Source of the DNA: a virus
Taxonomy: Duplodnaviria > Caudoviricetes
IMG/VR virus record: IMGVR_UViG_3300032272_000043
Span: 1 to 36,857 of that record
Length of the DNA stretch: 36,857 nt
Reading direction: 5' to 3' (one strand)
This document shows positions 7,680 to 15,443 of this stretch, piece after piece. Under the pieces are notes generated by a model. It saw only the letters and a program-made list of their open reading frames with translations, had not been told where the DNA came from and searched no databases. Numbering within the stretch: position 1 is the first letter of the stretch; each line of letters opens with the position of its first letter. Made by a program: the position numbers and the translations under genes.

Positions 7680-8044
7680 GCCCGCCCCTTGCACGGCTCG
7701 CAGTGGCCCTCTGCGCCGCACTCGCACGCCTCGCCCTGCTCTGGCTCTATCGCCCTCAGCGCGGCGCTGGCGACGTTGAGCGGCGCATAGCCCAGGCCCT
7801 CTTGCGGGTTCATGTCGGCAATTTTGCGCAGGGCGGCAACGGCGGCGGAAACCCCCGCCGGCTCCAGGCCGTCCAGGGCGTTGACGCATGCGACGGCACG
7901 GGCTGCGTTTGCCGGGTTGTAGAATATCGGCAAATCAGTGTACCCGTGCGTCGTCAACAGCGGAGCGGCGTGGCGGTCAAGCATCTGGTCCGCCTCGGCC
8001 CCAGCGGTGGCCCACGGCTCCCCGTGCTGTCCTTTGGCGGTCAT
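7676..8044 (-). CDS. Hypothetical phage protein
   Basis: GGAGGA RBS. HGEPW...ANAARAVACVNALDG pattern common in small phage early proteins; C-terminal Cys cluster. Confidence 0.7.
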   Translation of the reverse strand: MTAKGQHGEPWATAGAEADQMLDRHAAPLLTTHGYTDLPIFYNPANAARAVACVNALDGLEPAGVSAAVAALRKIADMNPQEGLGYAPLNVASAALRAIEPEQGEACECGAEGHCEPCKGRA

Positions 8045-8232
8045 CGGTCCTCCTCCGCATCCGCCCTGGCCTCGGCTGCGGCGTTGCGCCACTCGGCGTG
8101 GGCCATGCGATCAAGTAGCTCAATCTCGTCCATGGCGGCGTCGCGGTCGGGGCCCGGTGGCATCTTTTCGGCCTCTTCACGGGCGGCGTCTATCTCGCGG
8201 TCTAGGCCGCGTGCTTCTCCGATGGCGCTCAT
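8041..8232 (-). CDS. Small acidic helical hypothetical protein
   Basis: GGAGG upstream; ATGA-coupled to the exonuclease-RecT gene. Confidence 0.6.
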   Translation of the reverse strand: MSAIGEARGLDREIDAAREEAEKMPPGPDRDAAMDEIELLDRMAHAEWRNAAAEARADAEEDR

Positions 8233-9617
8233 GATACCGCCTCCATTTCTTCTACGGTGTAAAGCCCCAGAATGATGTCCGAGTACACCGCGCGGCATAC
8301 CTCAGACTCGCACCTGTGCCGCAGCATGGTCGCCGGGAATTTCTGGTAGGTCTGCGAGTTCGTGAGCCCGGCGCGTTTGGCATCCTCGATTGTGAAGGAC
8401 ATCCGCGCGGGGTTCTTGCTCCCGACGCGCTTTGTCTCAATCGTGCATACCTCGGCCGTGCTCTCGATGAGGTCGAAATACTCGCAGACATCGCGGCGCT
8501 TGCGGACGAGCCCGACCATTGACGCGGCAGCAAGGCAGGGCTTCCCTTTCACGAGGTAGAAGGCCCGCAGCGAGCTCACCGCATCCAGCCCAAGCGATCG
8601 CCCGGTCATTATCATAGCCAGCGCGGCCTGGGCGTTCGGCAGGTCTGCGAATAGGCGCGACTCAAGCAGCGTCACCGAGAGGCGCTTGGCCTCGTTCAGG
8701 TTCGTTGGCTCCAGCCCGTGCTCCCAGCCGGGGGCGGCGACGGCCATTGCCTGGGTCGGCTGTGGTCCCGCCTCTGGTGCGGCGATAACCTCTGGCTCGG
8801 GCGCGTCGATGGTTTCGGGTGTTTCGGGTGTTTCGGGCTCTTGCATTTCCATCTCCTTGGGCTTGCGTTCTGCGAGTACGGCGTCGACATCGACCGGCGC
8901 GTCGTGCTCTAGCTTGACTAGCTGGTGTGACACCTTGAGCTGCACGCCGTCTAGGGCGTTGCCCGCCTTGTTTAGCTTCTCCTGGCCCGCTGCCTCGATG
9001 ATGCCGTCGAGGTCGCCGTACTGATTGAGCCACTTGGATGCGGTCTTGACTCCGACCCCCGCGACGCCCGGCACGTTGTCTGCCTTGTCGCCGGTGAGGG
9101 CCAGGAGTTCGCAGACGATGCCGGGGGGCACGCCGAACTTTTCGGCCACCTTGCTGGTGTCGTAGGTCGTTTTTGTCATCGTCGAGACGCACCGCACGAC
9201 ATTGCCGCCATCCTCGCCTCCCGACACCAACTGCATCAGGTCCTTATCGGCGCTGTAGATATCCACGCTGACGTCGTAGTCGAGCAGCTTATGGCAGAGC
9301 GTCGCAATAATATCGTCCGCCTCGTATCCCTCCGCGCCCACTATCGGATAGCCATCGGCGCGCAGCTCATCCAGGGCGAGCCTCATGGTCTCATGCATGA
9401 CCGCGGGAGCCTTCTCCCTGTGCGCCTTGTACTCCGCGAGAATCTTGCTGCGGCGGTACGGTGGCGAGTCGATGCAGATGGCGACGCGGTCATAGGCTGA
9501 AGCGTAGCCGGTGATCTCCTGCACGGTTTTGCGCACAGCCGAACTCGTCTCGTCGTTCTCGCTCGCGTGCCAGCGGATTCGGAAAATGTTGGAGAAGTCG
9601 ATTAGTGCGATTTTCAT
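8229..9617 (-). CDS. Fusion of a 5'-3' exonuclease / flap endonuclease (PolA N-terminal type) and a RecT/Bet-like single-strand annealing domain
   Basis: N half: LIDFSN, YKAHR, EADDIIATL, SADKDLMQL, GDKADNVPGVAGVGVKTA (H3TH). Pro/Glu linker. C half: G..LGL, YLVKGKP, FTIEDAKRAGL, YQKFPATML..R, GLYTVEEM. Confidence 0.88.
   Translation of the reverse strand: MKIALIDFSNIFRIRWHASENDETSSAVRKTVQEITGYASAYDRVAICIDSPPYRRSKILAEYKAHREKAPAVMHETMRLALDELRADGYPIVGAEGYEADDIIATLCHKLLDYDVSVDIYSADKDLMQLVSGGEDGGNVVRCVSTMTKTTYDTSKVAEKFGVPPGIVCELLALTGDKADNVPGVAGVGVKTASKWLNQYGDLDGIIEAAGQEKLNKAGNALDGVQLKVSHQLVKLEHDAPVDVDAVLAERKPKEMEMQEPETPETPETIDAPEPEVIAAPEAGPQPTQAMAVAAPGWEHGLEPTNLNEAKRLSVTLLESRLFADLPNAQAALAMIMTGRSLGLDAVSSLRAFYLVKGKPCLAAASMVGLVRKRRDVCEYFDLIESTAEVCTIETKRVGSKNPARMSFTIEDAKRAGLTNSQTYQKFPATMLRHRCESEVCRAVYSDIILGLYTVEEMEAVS
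8812..8837. repeat. 9-bp tandem repeat (GTTTCGGGT) x ~3 encoding PETPETPET in the inter-domain linker
   Basis: Seen directly in the sequence. Confidence 0.85.
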
Positions 9618-10003
9618 GGCTCACCTCGTGAGGACCCACGCGCGCCCGGGGGAGGGTCCGCAAGGCGGCTCAGACGCGCGTGGGTTTCGATAGCACCCTT
9701 GAGGGCGCTGTCGATGGTTTCTGATTTTGCTGGCTTGGCGATGACTGGCCGGTCGGTCTGCGGCTCCCCGCCGCTGTAGATTACGATCGGCACACCGGCT
9801 CGGGCTGCGATGGCAATGACCTCAGCCCCGCCGCCGTCTGGCATGTCCCAGTCGGACAGGATGACATCGGGTCGCTTCAGATCGCAACGCAGAGCGGCCT
9901 CGAGTGGGCCCGCTGCCATGTCGTAATCCCAGTGAAGGCGGCCAAGCGCGCGCGCGACAGAGCGGCGGACAAGGTATTCATCGTCTACGACTAATACGCG
10001 CAT
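9614..10003 (-). CDS. Stand-alone response-regulator receiver (CheY-like) protein
   Basis: RVLVVDDE, PDVILSDWDMPDGGG (phospho-Asp), PIVIYSG, AKP; no output domain. Confidence 0.9.
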   Translation of the reverse strand: MRVLVVDDEYLVRRSVARALGRLHWDYDMAAGPLEAALRCDLKRPDVILSDWDMPDGGGAEVIAIAARAGVPIVIYSGGEPQTDRPVIAKPAKSETIDSALKGAIETHARLSRLADPPPGARGSSRGEP

Positions 10004-10227
10004 GAGTAGAGTCCCAGTAGTTGAAGGATGGTTGTGCCGCCGGTCGCGTATTCGACCACGGCGAGGATGGTGCCGAATACGAGCGCGCCGGAGACCGCGC
10101 CGCAGGCCCAGCCGTAGCGAAACTCGGCCTTGAGCGGGTCCACGTATGCGGTGTTCGCATAGTCGTGCTCGACACGGCCGCGGCTGTAGACGGTGCGCGA
10201 GTGGCGCTGGGTTTTCTTGGGGGTCAT
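9991..10227 (-). CDS. Small membrane protein
   Basis: GGAGG upstream; hydrophobic stretch WACGAVSGALVFGTILAVV. Confidence 0.55.
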   Translation of the reverse strand: MTPKKTQRHSRTVYSRGRVEHDYANTAYVDPLKAEFRYGWACGAVSGALVFGTILAVVEYATGGTTILQLLGLYSCAY

Positions 10228-10472
10228 GCCCAGCACCTCCCGACGGCCGAGCAGCAGCCGCAGTTGAGTAGTTTTGCGCCGCAGAGGCAGACGAACGACC
10301 GCCGCCCGTCGATGTCTACGACCATGATGCGCCGCTCCCCGCTGGTTAGCGTGCAGTCATACGTGCCTGGAGCATACAGGGCGAAGTCCATCGACATGGC
10401 GGGCACCGTTATAGCTCCGCACCAATCATCCGAGGGGACGACGGCCCAGCCTTCTCCGGCGACTAACGTCAT
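10224..10472 (-). CDS. Small Cys-rich hypothetical protein
   Basis: MTLVAGEGW...; ATGA-coupled at both ends. Confidence 0.45.
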   Translation of the reverse strand: MTLVAGEGWAVVPSDDWCGAITVPAMSMDFALYAPGTYDCTLTSGERRIMVVDIDGRRSFVCLCGAKLLNCGCCSAVGRCWA

Positions 10473-10693
10473 CGTGCTGGCTCCGAAATCTCGCAGCAGC
10501 CACCGCAGTAGTAAACGTGGCCGTCGCGGGTGGAGTGGTAGTCCGCCGCCCCGAGTAGCGCCTCGATTTGGTCGGCGGCCTCGGTCTTGCGTTTGCAGTC
10601 TAGCGGGTCGTGGTCGGCGGTGCCGGTCTCGACCCACGTTAGGACGTGTAGCGGGGTTTCACAAATGTTACAGGGTTTTGATTCGTTGCCCAT
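10469..10693 (-). CDS. Small Cys-rich (CxxC) protein, first gene of the leftward operon
   Basis: GGGAGGG RBS; CNIC and CGGC motifs. Confidence 0.6.
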   Translation of the reverse strand: MGNESKPCNICETPLHVLTWVETGTADHDPLDCKRKTEAADQIEALLGAADYHSTRDGHVYYCGGCCEISEPAR

Positions 10694-10729
10694 GAGCCCT
10701 CCCGGAGCTGTTGGCTGTGTCGATTCCTG

Positions 10730-10759
10730 ACGTTAACCCGTTGCCGCACGGCAAGTCAA
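10730..10759 (-). promoter_or_regulatory. Leftward sigma70-like promoter TTGACT-N18-TAACGT
   Basis: -35 at 10759..10754 and -10 at 10735..10730, in the only divergent intergenic region. Confidence 0.6.
10741..10754. promoter_or_regulatory. Palindromic operator TTGCCG-CA-CGGCAA
   Basis: Perfect 6-bp arms inside the leftward promoter spacer. Degenerate copies near 10785..10798 and 10797..10810. Confidence 0.6.
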
Positions 10760-10784
10760 GCAAATGTTACGCGGCATTTACAAC

Positions 10785-10814
10785 TTGCCTTGTGGGCGCC
10801 CGTGTGGCAACAAT
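10785..10814 (+). promoter_or_regulatory. Rightward sigma70-like promoter TTGCCT-N18-AACAAT, possibly giving a leaderless cro mRNA
   Basis: The -10 ends 5 nt before ATG 10820. Confidence 0.45.
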
Positions 10815-10819
10815 GAGGC

Positions 10820-11023
10820 ATGACGAAATTACAGAAGTACCTCAACAGGAAAAAGCTACGGCAGGCCGACTTCGCCGTTACTCTGGGCGTTGTTCGCGGG
10901 TGGCCTATCGATCCCAGCCAGGTCTCGCGGTGGTGCAGCGGCGAACGCGTCCCGTGCATGGCGACGCGGGTGCATATTGAACAGGCCACGGGCGGGAAGG
11001 TCTCGCGGCGGGCGTGGTCATGA
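10820..11023 (+). CDS. Cro-like XRE-family HTH regulator
   Basis: LQKYL...RQADFAVTLG...PSQVSRWCSGERVP...IEQATGGKV; first gene of the rightward operon. Confidence 0.85.
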   Translation: MTKLQKYLNRKKLRQADFAVTLGVVRGWPIDPSQVSRWCSGERVPCMATRVHIEQATGGKVSRRAWS

Positions 11024-11589
11024 GCGCAAAAGAGAGATGGTCTGACCCAGTGCCGCTGCCGCCGAACAAAAAACACGCGGGGCCGGCGTATATGGTCTCA
11101 ACGCTTGGGCGCCTGCGCGTGAATTACAGCTGGGGCGGGTGCCCGTGTGAGTGGCGGCCCTTGAATCCGGTGCCACACCACAAGGGGTACCTCGTTCTCA
11201 GGGGCGGATGGGGGAGGCTGCGGGTCCACCGCGCGGTGCTGCTCGCGTTCGTTGGCCCGCCGCCGCCAGATAAACCCCTTGCCTGCCACAACAACGGGGT
11301 CCCGGGCGACAACCGGCTGGCGAATCTCCGGTGGGACTCATTGAGCGGGAACCGTCGCGACATGATTAAGCACGGCACGCACGACCGCGGGGCCCGCAAC
11401 TCGAACGCCCTTCTTTCAAACGCGCAGGCGATGGAGATACGCAGGCGGCGGCTGGCGGGCGCGCTGGTCTCGGCGCTTGCTCGCAGGTTTCGTGTTAGCC
11501 GCACGTGCGTCTACAACGTGGTTAACGGCAAAACATACAAAGAAGAGTACATGGTCAACGAGTCGCTTAGGACGGGGGCCAGGAAATGA
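11020..11589 (+). CDS. HNH homing endonuclease (NUMOD4-like N-terminus, C-terminal HTH)
   Basis: YMVSTLGRLR, KGYL, VHRAVLLAFVGP, CHNNGVPGDNRLANLRW...N..D. Confidence 0.9.
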   Translation: MSAKERWSDPVPLPPNKKHAGPAYMVSTLGRLRVNYSWGGCPCEWRPLNPVPHHKGYLVLRGGWGRLRVHRAVLLAFVGPPPPDKPLACHNNGVPGDNRLANLRWDSLSGNRRDMIKHGTHDRGARNSNALLSNAQAMEIRRRRLAGALVSALARRFRVSRTCVYNVVNGKTYKEEYMVNESLRTGARK

Positions 11590-11807
11590 GAAGCGCCATC
11601 GCATGGGTTGCACTTTTACTTAGCGCGCTCGCCGCCGTCGCTGCCGTTCGGCTGCTGTATCATCTGGCGGCGTTCGCGTTCTTTGGGATGGAGTCGAACG
11701 GAGATCAGAATTTCGCTACCTTCTTTCTGCTCATGACGGCGGGGGCGGTTGGCGGGTGCCTGTGGTTCGTTGTGTGCGATGCGCGTGATGAAAGAGGCGG
11801 CCGATGA
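11586..11807 (+). CDS. Small two-TM membrane protein
   Basis: Two hydrophobic segments; ATGA-coupled on both sides. Confidence 0.65.
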   Translation: MRSAIAWVALLLSALAAVAAVRLLYHLAAFAFFGMESNGDQNFATFFLLMTAGAVGGCLWFVVCDARDERGGR

Positions 11808-12550
11808 GTAAACCCGGCGACGTGTGGGTCTCGCCCTGCGGCCAGATGGAGCTGCGCTGCGGCGACTTTCGCGAGGTGCTGGCTGGCGTTGAGTGCGGCG
11901 CGGTGATTACGGATCCGCCGTATGGGGAAAGGACACACGCGGACGGGGCCAGCCTGTCTGCGTCTGCGTCTGCGTCTGCTCCGGTGCCGATCGGATATCG
12001 CCCGATGACCCCGCAGGGCGTTGCCGAGTCTGCCGCGCTGTGGTCGGGGTGGTGCTCGGGGTGGCTGTGCGTTTTTAGCTGCGACACGCTGCACCCGGTT
12101 TGGCGCGCCGAGATGGAGGCGGCCGGGCGGTATGCTTTCCCCGCGGTGCCTGTCCGGCAGTTTGTCCCACGGCTCGTGGGCGATGGACCGTCCCGATTCG
12201 GCCCCTATCTCACAGTCTCGCGCCCCCGGATGGCTGAGTTTATGAAATGGGGCACACTCCCTGACTGGTATAGCTCAGCCACCACGCGGGGCTATGTGCG
12301 CGGGGGCAAACCGCTGCCCCTGATGCAGGCGATCGTCTCCGACTACTCACGCCCCGGCGATCTGGTCTGCGACCCGTGCGCGGGCGGTGGCACCACTCTG
12401 CTCGCTGCGGCAATCGAGGGGCGGCGGGCAATAGGCGCCGAGCTGGATCCGGAGACGTTCGACAAGGCGGTGGCCCGGCTGTCGCGCGGGTACACGCCGC
12501 GGATGGTGCTGCCAGCGCGCAAGAAGCAGAAACAAGGATCGATGCTGTGA
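11804..12550 (+). CDS. DNA methyltransferase (N6-adenine / N4-cytosine, beta class)
   Basis: VITDPPYG precedes KP..LM and DLVCDPCAGGGTT...GRRAIGAELD. Confidence 0.88.
   Translation: MSKPGDVWVSPCGQMELRCGDFREVLAGVECGAVITDPPYGERTHADGASLSASASASAPVPIGYRPMTPQGVAESAALWSGWCSGWLCVFSCDTLHPVWRAEMEAAGRYAFPAVPVRQFVPRLVGDGPSRFGPYLTVSRPRMAEFMKWGTLPDWYSSATTRGYVRGGKPLPLMQAIVSDYSRPGDLVCDPCAGGGTTLLAAAIEGRRAIGAELDPETFDKAVARLSRGYTPRMVLPARKKQKQGSML
11956..11979. repeat. Hexamer tandem repeat (GTCTGC)x4 encoding SASASASA
   Basis: Seen directly; in frame. Confidence 0.9.
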
Positions 12551-12556
12551 TTTGTA

Positions 12557-12586
12557 TTGACCCCGGCGCGTGTCTCGGGGTATGCG
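12557..12586 (+). promoter_or_regulatory. Candidate promoter TTGACC-N18-TATGCG upstream of the replication genes
   Basis: Good -35, weaker -10. Inverted repeat ACCCCG...CGGGGT spans the spacer. Confidence 0.4.
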
Positions 12587-12692
12587 TGCCGAGCCAACAT
12601 GGACCCCAACCAATCATAAGATTCTGCGCTGCTCGCTCGGCACCCTTCCATGTTGGCGCATGGCCGGGCGGGCGGCGCGGATTATTCTGGGG
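12586..12692 (+). ncRNA. Structured cis-regulatory leader RNA (hairpin, pseudoknot or alternative pairing, 6-codon uORF) upstream of the replication initiator
   Basis: 19-bp stem 12623..12641 / 12663..12681 with 4 G-U pairs. 12593..12603 is complementary to loop 12647..12657. 12586..12594 is complementary to 12635..12643. uORF MDPNQS* at 12599..12619. Confidence 0.7.
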
Positions 12693-12697
12693 CGGCA

Positions 12698-13474
12698 ATG
12701 GCGTATTGTAGACTTGAGGACTCGTTTAGGAATTCGCGCAAGTTCACGCGGCTGGCCAAGGCCCTGGGCATTAGCGCCCCCCACGCCCGCGGGCTTGTCG
12801 CTGGCCTCTGGTCGTGGGCCGTGACCCAGGCACCCGATGGCGATTTGTGCGACCACGACCCAGACGAAATCGAGGCGGGAGCGGATTGGGGCGGCGAGGA
12901 GGGCGCTCTTGTGTCCGCGATGGCGGATCCACGTGTTGGGCTTTTGGACGAAACGTCAAGCGGCTACCGGCTGCACGGATATTTGCAGCGCTCAGAGTCG
13001 TATCAGGTGGCACAGCGCAAGGCGAAATCCCGTGTAACAAAATCAGCAACTTGCGCCGATAATGTCACGGACACGGCCGTGACACGACCGTCCAGGGTGG
13101 ACGCCAACGTCACGCCGATGTCACAAGGAGAGAGAGAGAAGAGAGAGACTAAAGAGAAGAGAGAGAGAGACCCGGAAGTCGCCACAGTCAAGGCCCACTT
13201 CGTGGGCGTCTACCCGGACAAAGCCATCCAGGCAGACACGCCCCAGACTCTCCGACTGATCAGGAAGTGGCTAGCAATAGGGTACACTCCCGAGCAACTA
13301 TGCCTCGCCATCGACGGCAACCTAGCCAGCGAGTGGCATCAGCAGAAACGGATGACCGGCATGGGTCAGATACTCAAAAGCGCGGAGGTCATCGACAGGT
13401 TTATAGACGCGGCCAAGCCTAAGCGCAGCAGGCCGCTGACGGTCAACGCCCCAAGACTGGACGGCCCGACATGA
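12698..13474 (+). CDS. Phage replication initiator / replisome organiser
   Basis: N-terminal K...LA..LG....A.GL...LWSW domain, internal repeats, GA-rich EREKRE linker and C-terminal helical domain. Coupled to DnaB. Confidence 0.75.
   Translation: MAYCRLEDSFRNSRKFTRLAKALGISAPHARGLVAGLWSWAVTQAPDGDLCDHDPDEIEAGADWGGEEGALVSAMADPRVGLLDETSSGYRLHGYLQRSESYQVAQRKAKSRVTKSATCADNVTDTAVTRPSRVDANVTPMSQGEREKRETKEKRERDPEVATVKAHFVGVYPDKAIQADTPQTLRLIRKWLAIGYTPEQLCLAIDGNLASEWHQQKRMTGMGQILKSAEVIDRFIDAAKPKRSRPLTVNAPRLDGPT
13030..13170. other. Putative replication origin (GTCAC/GTGAC iterons plus purine tract)
   Basis: TGTCACGG-N6-CCGTGACA inverted repeat at 13063..13084, further GTCAC copies up to 13124, and an almost pure GA tract at 13127..13170 inside the initiator gene, as in lambdoid origins. 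Confidence 0.55.
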
Positions 13475-14733
13475 GCGAAGCAGCAGAGAGATCCCTGATA
13501 GGGGCAGCGCTACTTGCTGGCAGAGTCCCGGCTGGTGGCGAGATGGTAAAGCCGGAGGACTTCGGCAACGCGGTGGCGTCCCGGGCATGGGGGGCGATTA
13601 GAGCTCTGGCCGACGCGGGTACCGTCATCGACGAGACCGCAGTTGCATCCGAGATGGGTGAGGGCTCGTTCAATTATTTGGCCTCGCTGGTCAACGAGGT
13701 CCCGACCGCAGCAAACTCCGCGCACTATGCCTCTGTTGTGCGCAAGAGCAGCAGGCACAGGGCCTACCTCGATGCCCTGTCTGCGGCCCTGCGGGATATG
13801 GACTCCCCCAACGGCGCTGACGAAATAGCGGCGCGCGTGTCTCGACTACTCAGCGACACGGTGGCCGGGTCTGACGCGGAAGGGCCGAAAAAGCTGGGCG
13901 GGTTGTTGTCGCAGGAGTTCATTGACCTGCAATCGCGACGGCTGAACGGAAAGGGGGCCGGGGTGCCAACGGGGTTTGTCAGCCTGGACCAGACCATCGG
14001 CGGGCTGCGGCCCGGTAACGTCACGATCATCGCCGGGGGTACGGGTAGCGGCAAAAGCGCGCTTGCGTTGTGCGTCATGCTCAACATGGCCGAGGCTGGG
14101 CGGCGGTGTCTCGGGTTTAGCCTGGAGATGATGGCTAGCGAGATGGCGCAACGGGCGATGGCTGCGGGCGCCGGGGTTCAACTGTCGCGGCTGGCCAATG
14201 GCCGGATCGATGAGTCCGACATGGCCAAGCTCGGCTCGCATCTGCCACGGCTTAAAGACCTGCCGATTTGGCTGTTTGACCGGCGCGTGTCGGTTGAGGA
14301 GCTAGCCGGGATCACACGAGTGCAGCACATGCGGCACGGTGTGGATGTGCTGTTTGTCGATTACCTGCAGTTGGTGGCGCCGGATAACAAAAAGGGCGCA
14401 AGCCGCGAGCAGCAGGTCTCCGAGATTTCGCGCTCGCTCAAGGGGCTGGCGATGGAGATGCAAATCCCCGTTGTCGCGCTGGCACAGTTCAACCGGGCGG
14501 CGGGGTCGAGGTCTGGCGACGATGCCAAGCCGCGTCTTAGCGACCTCCGGGAGTCCGGGGCGATTGAGCAGGACGCGACGCACGTTATCGGGATACACAA
14601 AGAGGCGCACGACTCGCCGGACGCGCTGCTGTGCGTGCTGAAAAACAGACACGGCCCGATCGGGGAAATCCTGGTCAGGTGGGCCGGGGGAACTACGAGG
14701 TTTTACGATGTACCAAGCAATTCGGGTAGGTGA
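13471..14733 (+). CDS. dnaB: Replicative DNA helicase
   Basis: AERSLIGA, GVPTGF..LD, Walker A GGTGSGKS, FSLEM, VDYLQL, LAQFNR, LSDLRESGAIEQDA, KNRHGP. Confidence 0.96.
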   Translation: MSEAAERSLIGAALLAGRVPAGGEMVKPEDFGNAVASRAWGAIRALADAGTVIDETAVASEMGEGSFNYLASLVNEVPTAANSAHYASVVRKSSRHRAYLDALSAALRDMDSPNGADEIAARVSRLLSDTVAGSDAEGPKKLGGLLSQEFIDLQSRRLNGKGAGVPTGFVSLDQTIGGLRPGNVTIIAGGTGSGKSALALCVMLNMAEAGRRCLGFSLEMMASEMAQRAMAAGAGVQLSRLANGRIDESDMAKLGSHLPRLKDLPIWLFDRRVSVEELAGITRVQHMRHGVDVLFVDYLQLVAPDNKKGASREQQVSEISRSLKGLAMEMQIPVVALAQFNRAAGSRSGDDAKPRLSDLRESGAIEQDATHVIGIHKEAHDSPDALLCVLKNRHGPIGEILVRWAGGTTRFYDVPSNSGR

Positions 14734-14926
14734 GTGGCGCGTGTTGCGCGACGACGCGGGGCTACACGCCGTGCATGACGGGACCGGATACGAGGTCCCG
14801 AGAATGGATAGCCAATGGCTGGCGACGGTCAAAGAGAAATCGTGGGCGACAGAGAAGACGATGCGAGACTTGCAGCAAGCGATCGGCTTGTTTGGGAGGC
14901 CCCAGGCGGGGCCAGTGTCAAGATGA
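14708..14926 (+). CDS. Small hypothetical protein
   Basis: Protein-like frame (WLATVKEKSW); ACGAGG upstream. Confidence 0.5.
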   Translation: MYQAIRVGEWRVLRDDAGLHAVHDGTGYEVPRMDSQWLATVKEKSWATEKTMRDLQQAIGLFGRPQAGPVSR

Positions 14927-15027
14927 CCGGCGATATCGTTGAGGCGCTTGCGTGTGTTGACCGCGTGTTCCCGGGGTCGCGGGTGCAGTGGTGGCGTAGG
15001 CCGCCAGGGAAGTGGGTGCGGCCGTGA
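14923..15027 (+). CDS. Very small hypothetical protein
   Basis: MTGDIVEALACVDRVFPGSRV...; ATGA and GTGA coupling at its ends. Confidence 0.35.
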   Translation: MTGDIVEALACVDRVFPGSRVQWWRRPPGKWVRP

Positions 15028-15443
15028 TTGTGTTCGAGTTGCGCAAGCCGACGCCGAGCCTTAACGAGCTCAACCGGATGCACTGGGGGGCGCGCAAGAG
15101 GCACCGGGAGGGACTACGGCTTGAGGTGGCTGCCCACGTCGCCCGCGCGGGCCTGAGACGGTTCACGCGACTCCACGCAGGCGAGAGGAGGGGCGAACCG
15201 TTCGGCGGCGTTGACGCGCGCACTGACGTCACTGTTTCGCGGCACTCCCCGAGGACGCTGGACTCGGACAACTTCGTGGGTGGGTGTAAGTCATTGATCG
15301 ATGTGCTGGTCCGCGAAGGGCTGGCGTGGGATGACTCGCCGGACTATATCGCGGTGACGTACAAGCAGGAGGCGAGCAAACGAGCTGATGCGCGAACGGT
15401 CGTCTCGGTTTCATGGGGCGAGCATGGGCAAGAATCAATATAA
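15024..15443 (+). CDS. RusA-like Holliday junction resolvase
   Basis: TPSLN, R.LDSDNFVGGCKSLIDVLV, WDDSP, RTVVSV. Confidence 0.8.
   Translation: MIVFELRKPTPSLNELNRMHWGARKRHREGLRLEVAAHVARAGLRRFTRLHAGERRGEPFGGVDARTDVTVSRHSPRTLDSDNFVGGCKSLIDVLVREGLAWDDSPDYIAVTYKQEASKRADARTVVSVSWGEHGQESI

Noticed and set aside
13127-13170. GA tract as a phase-variable microsatellite
   Set aside because: It is imperfect and encodes the EREKRE linker commonly seen next to origin repeats in phage initiators.
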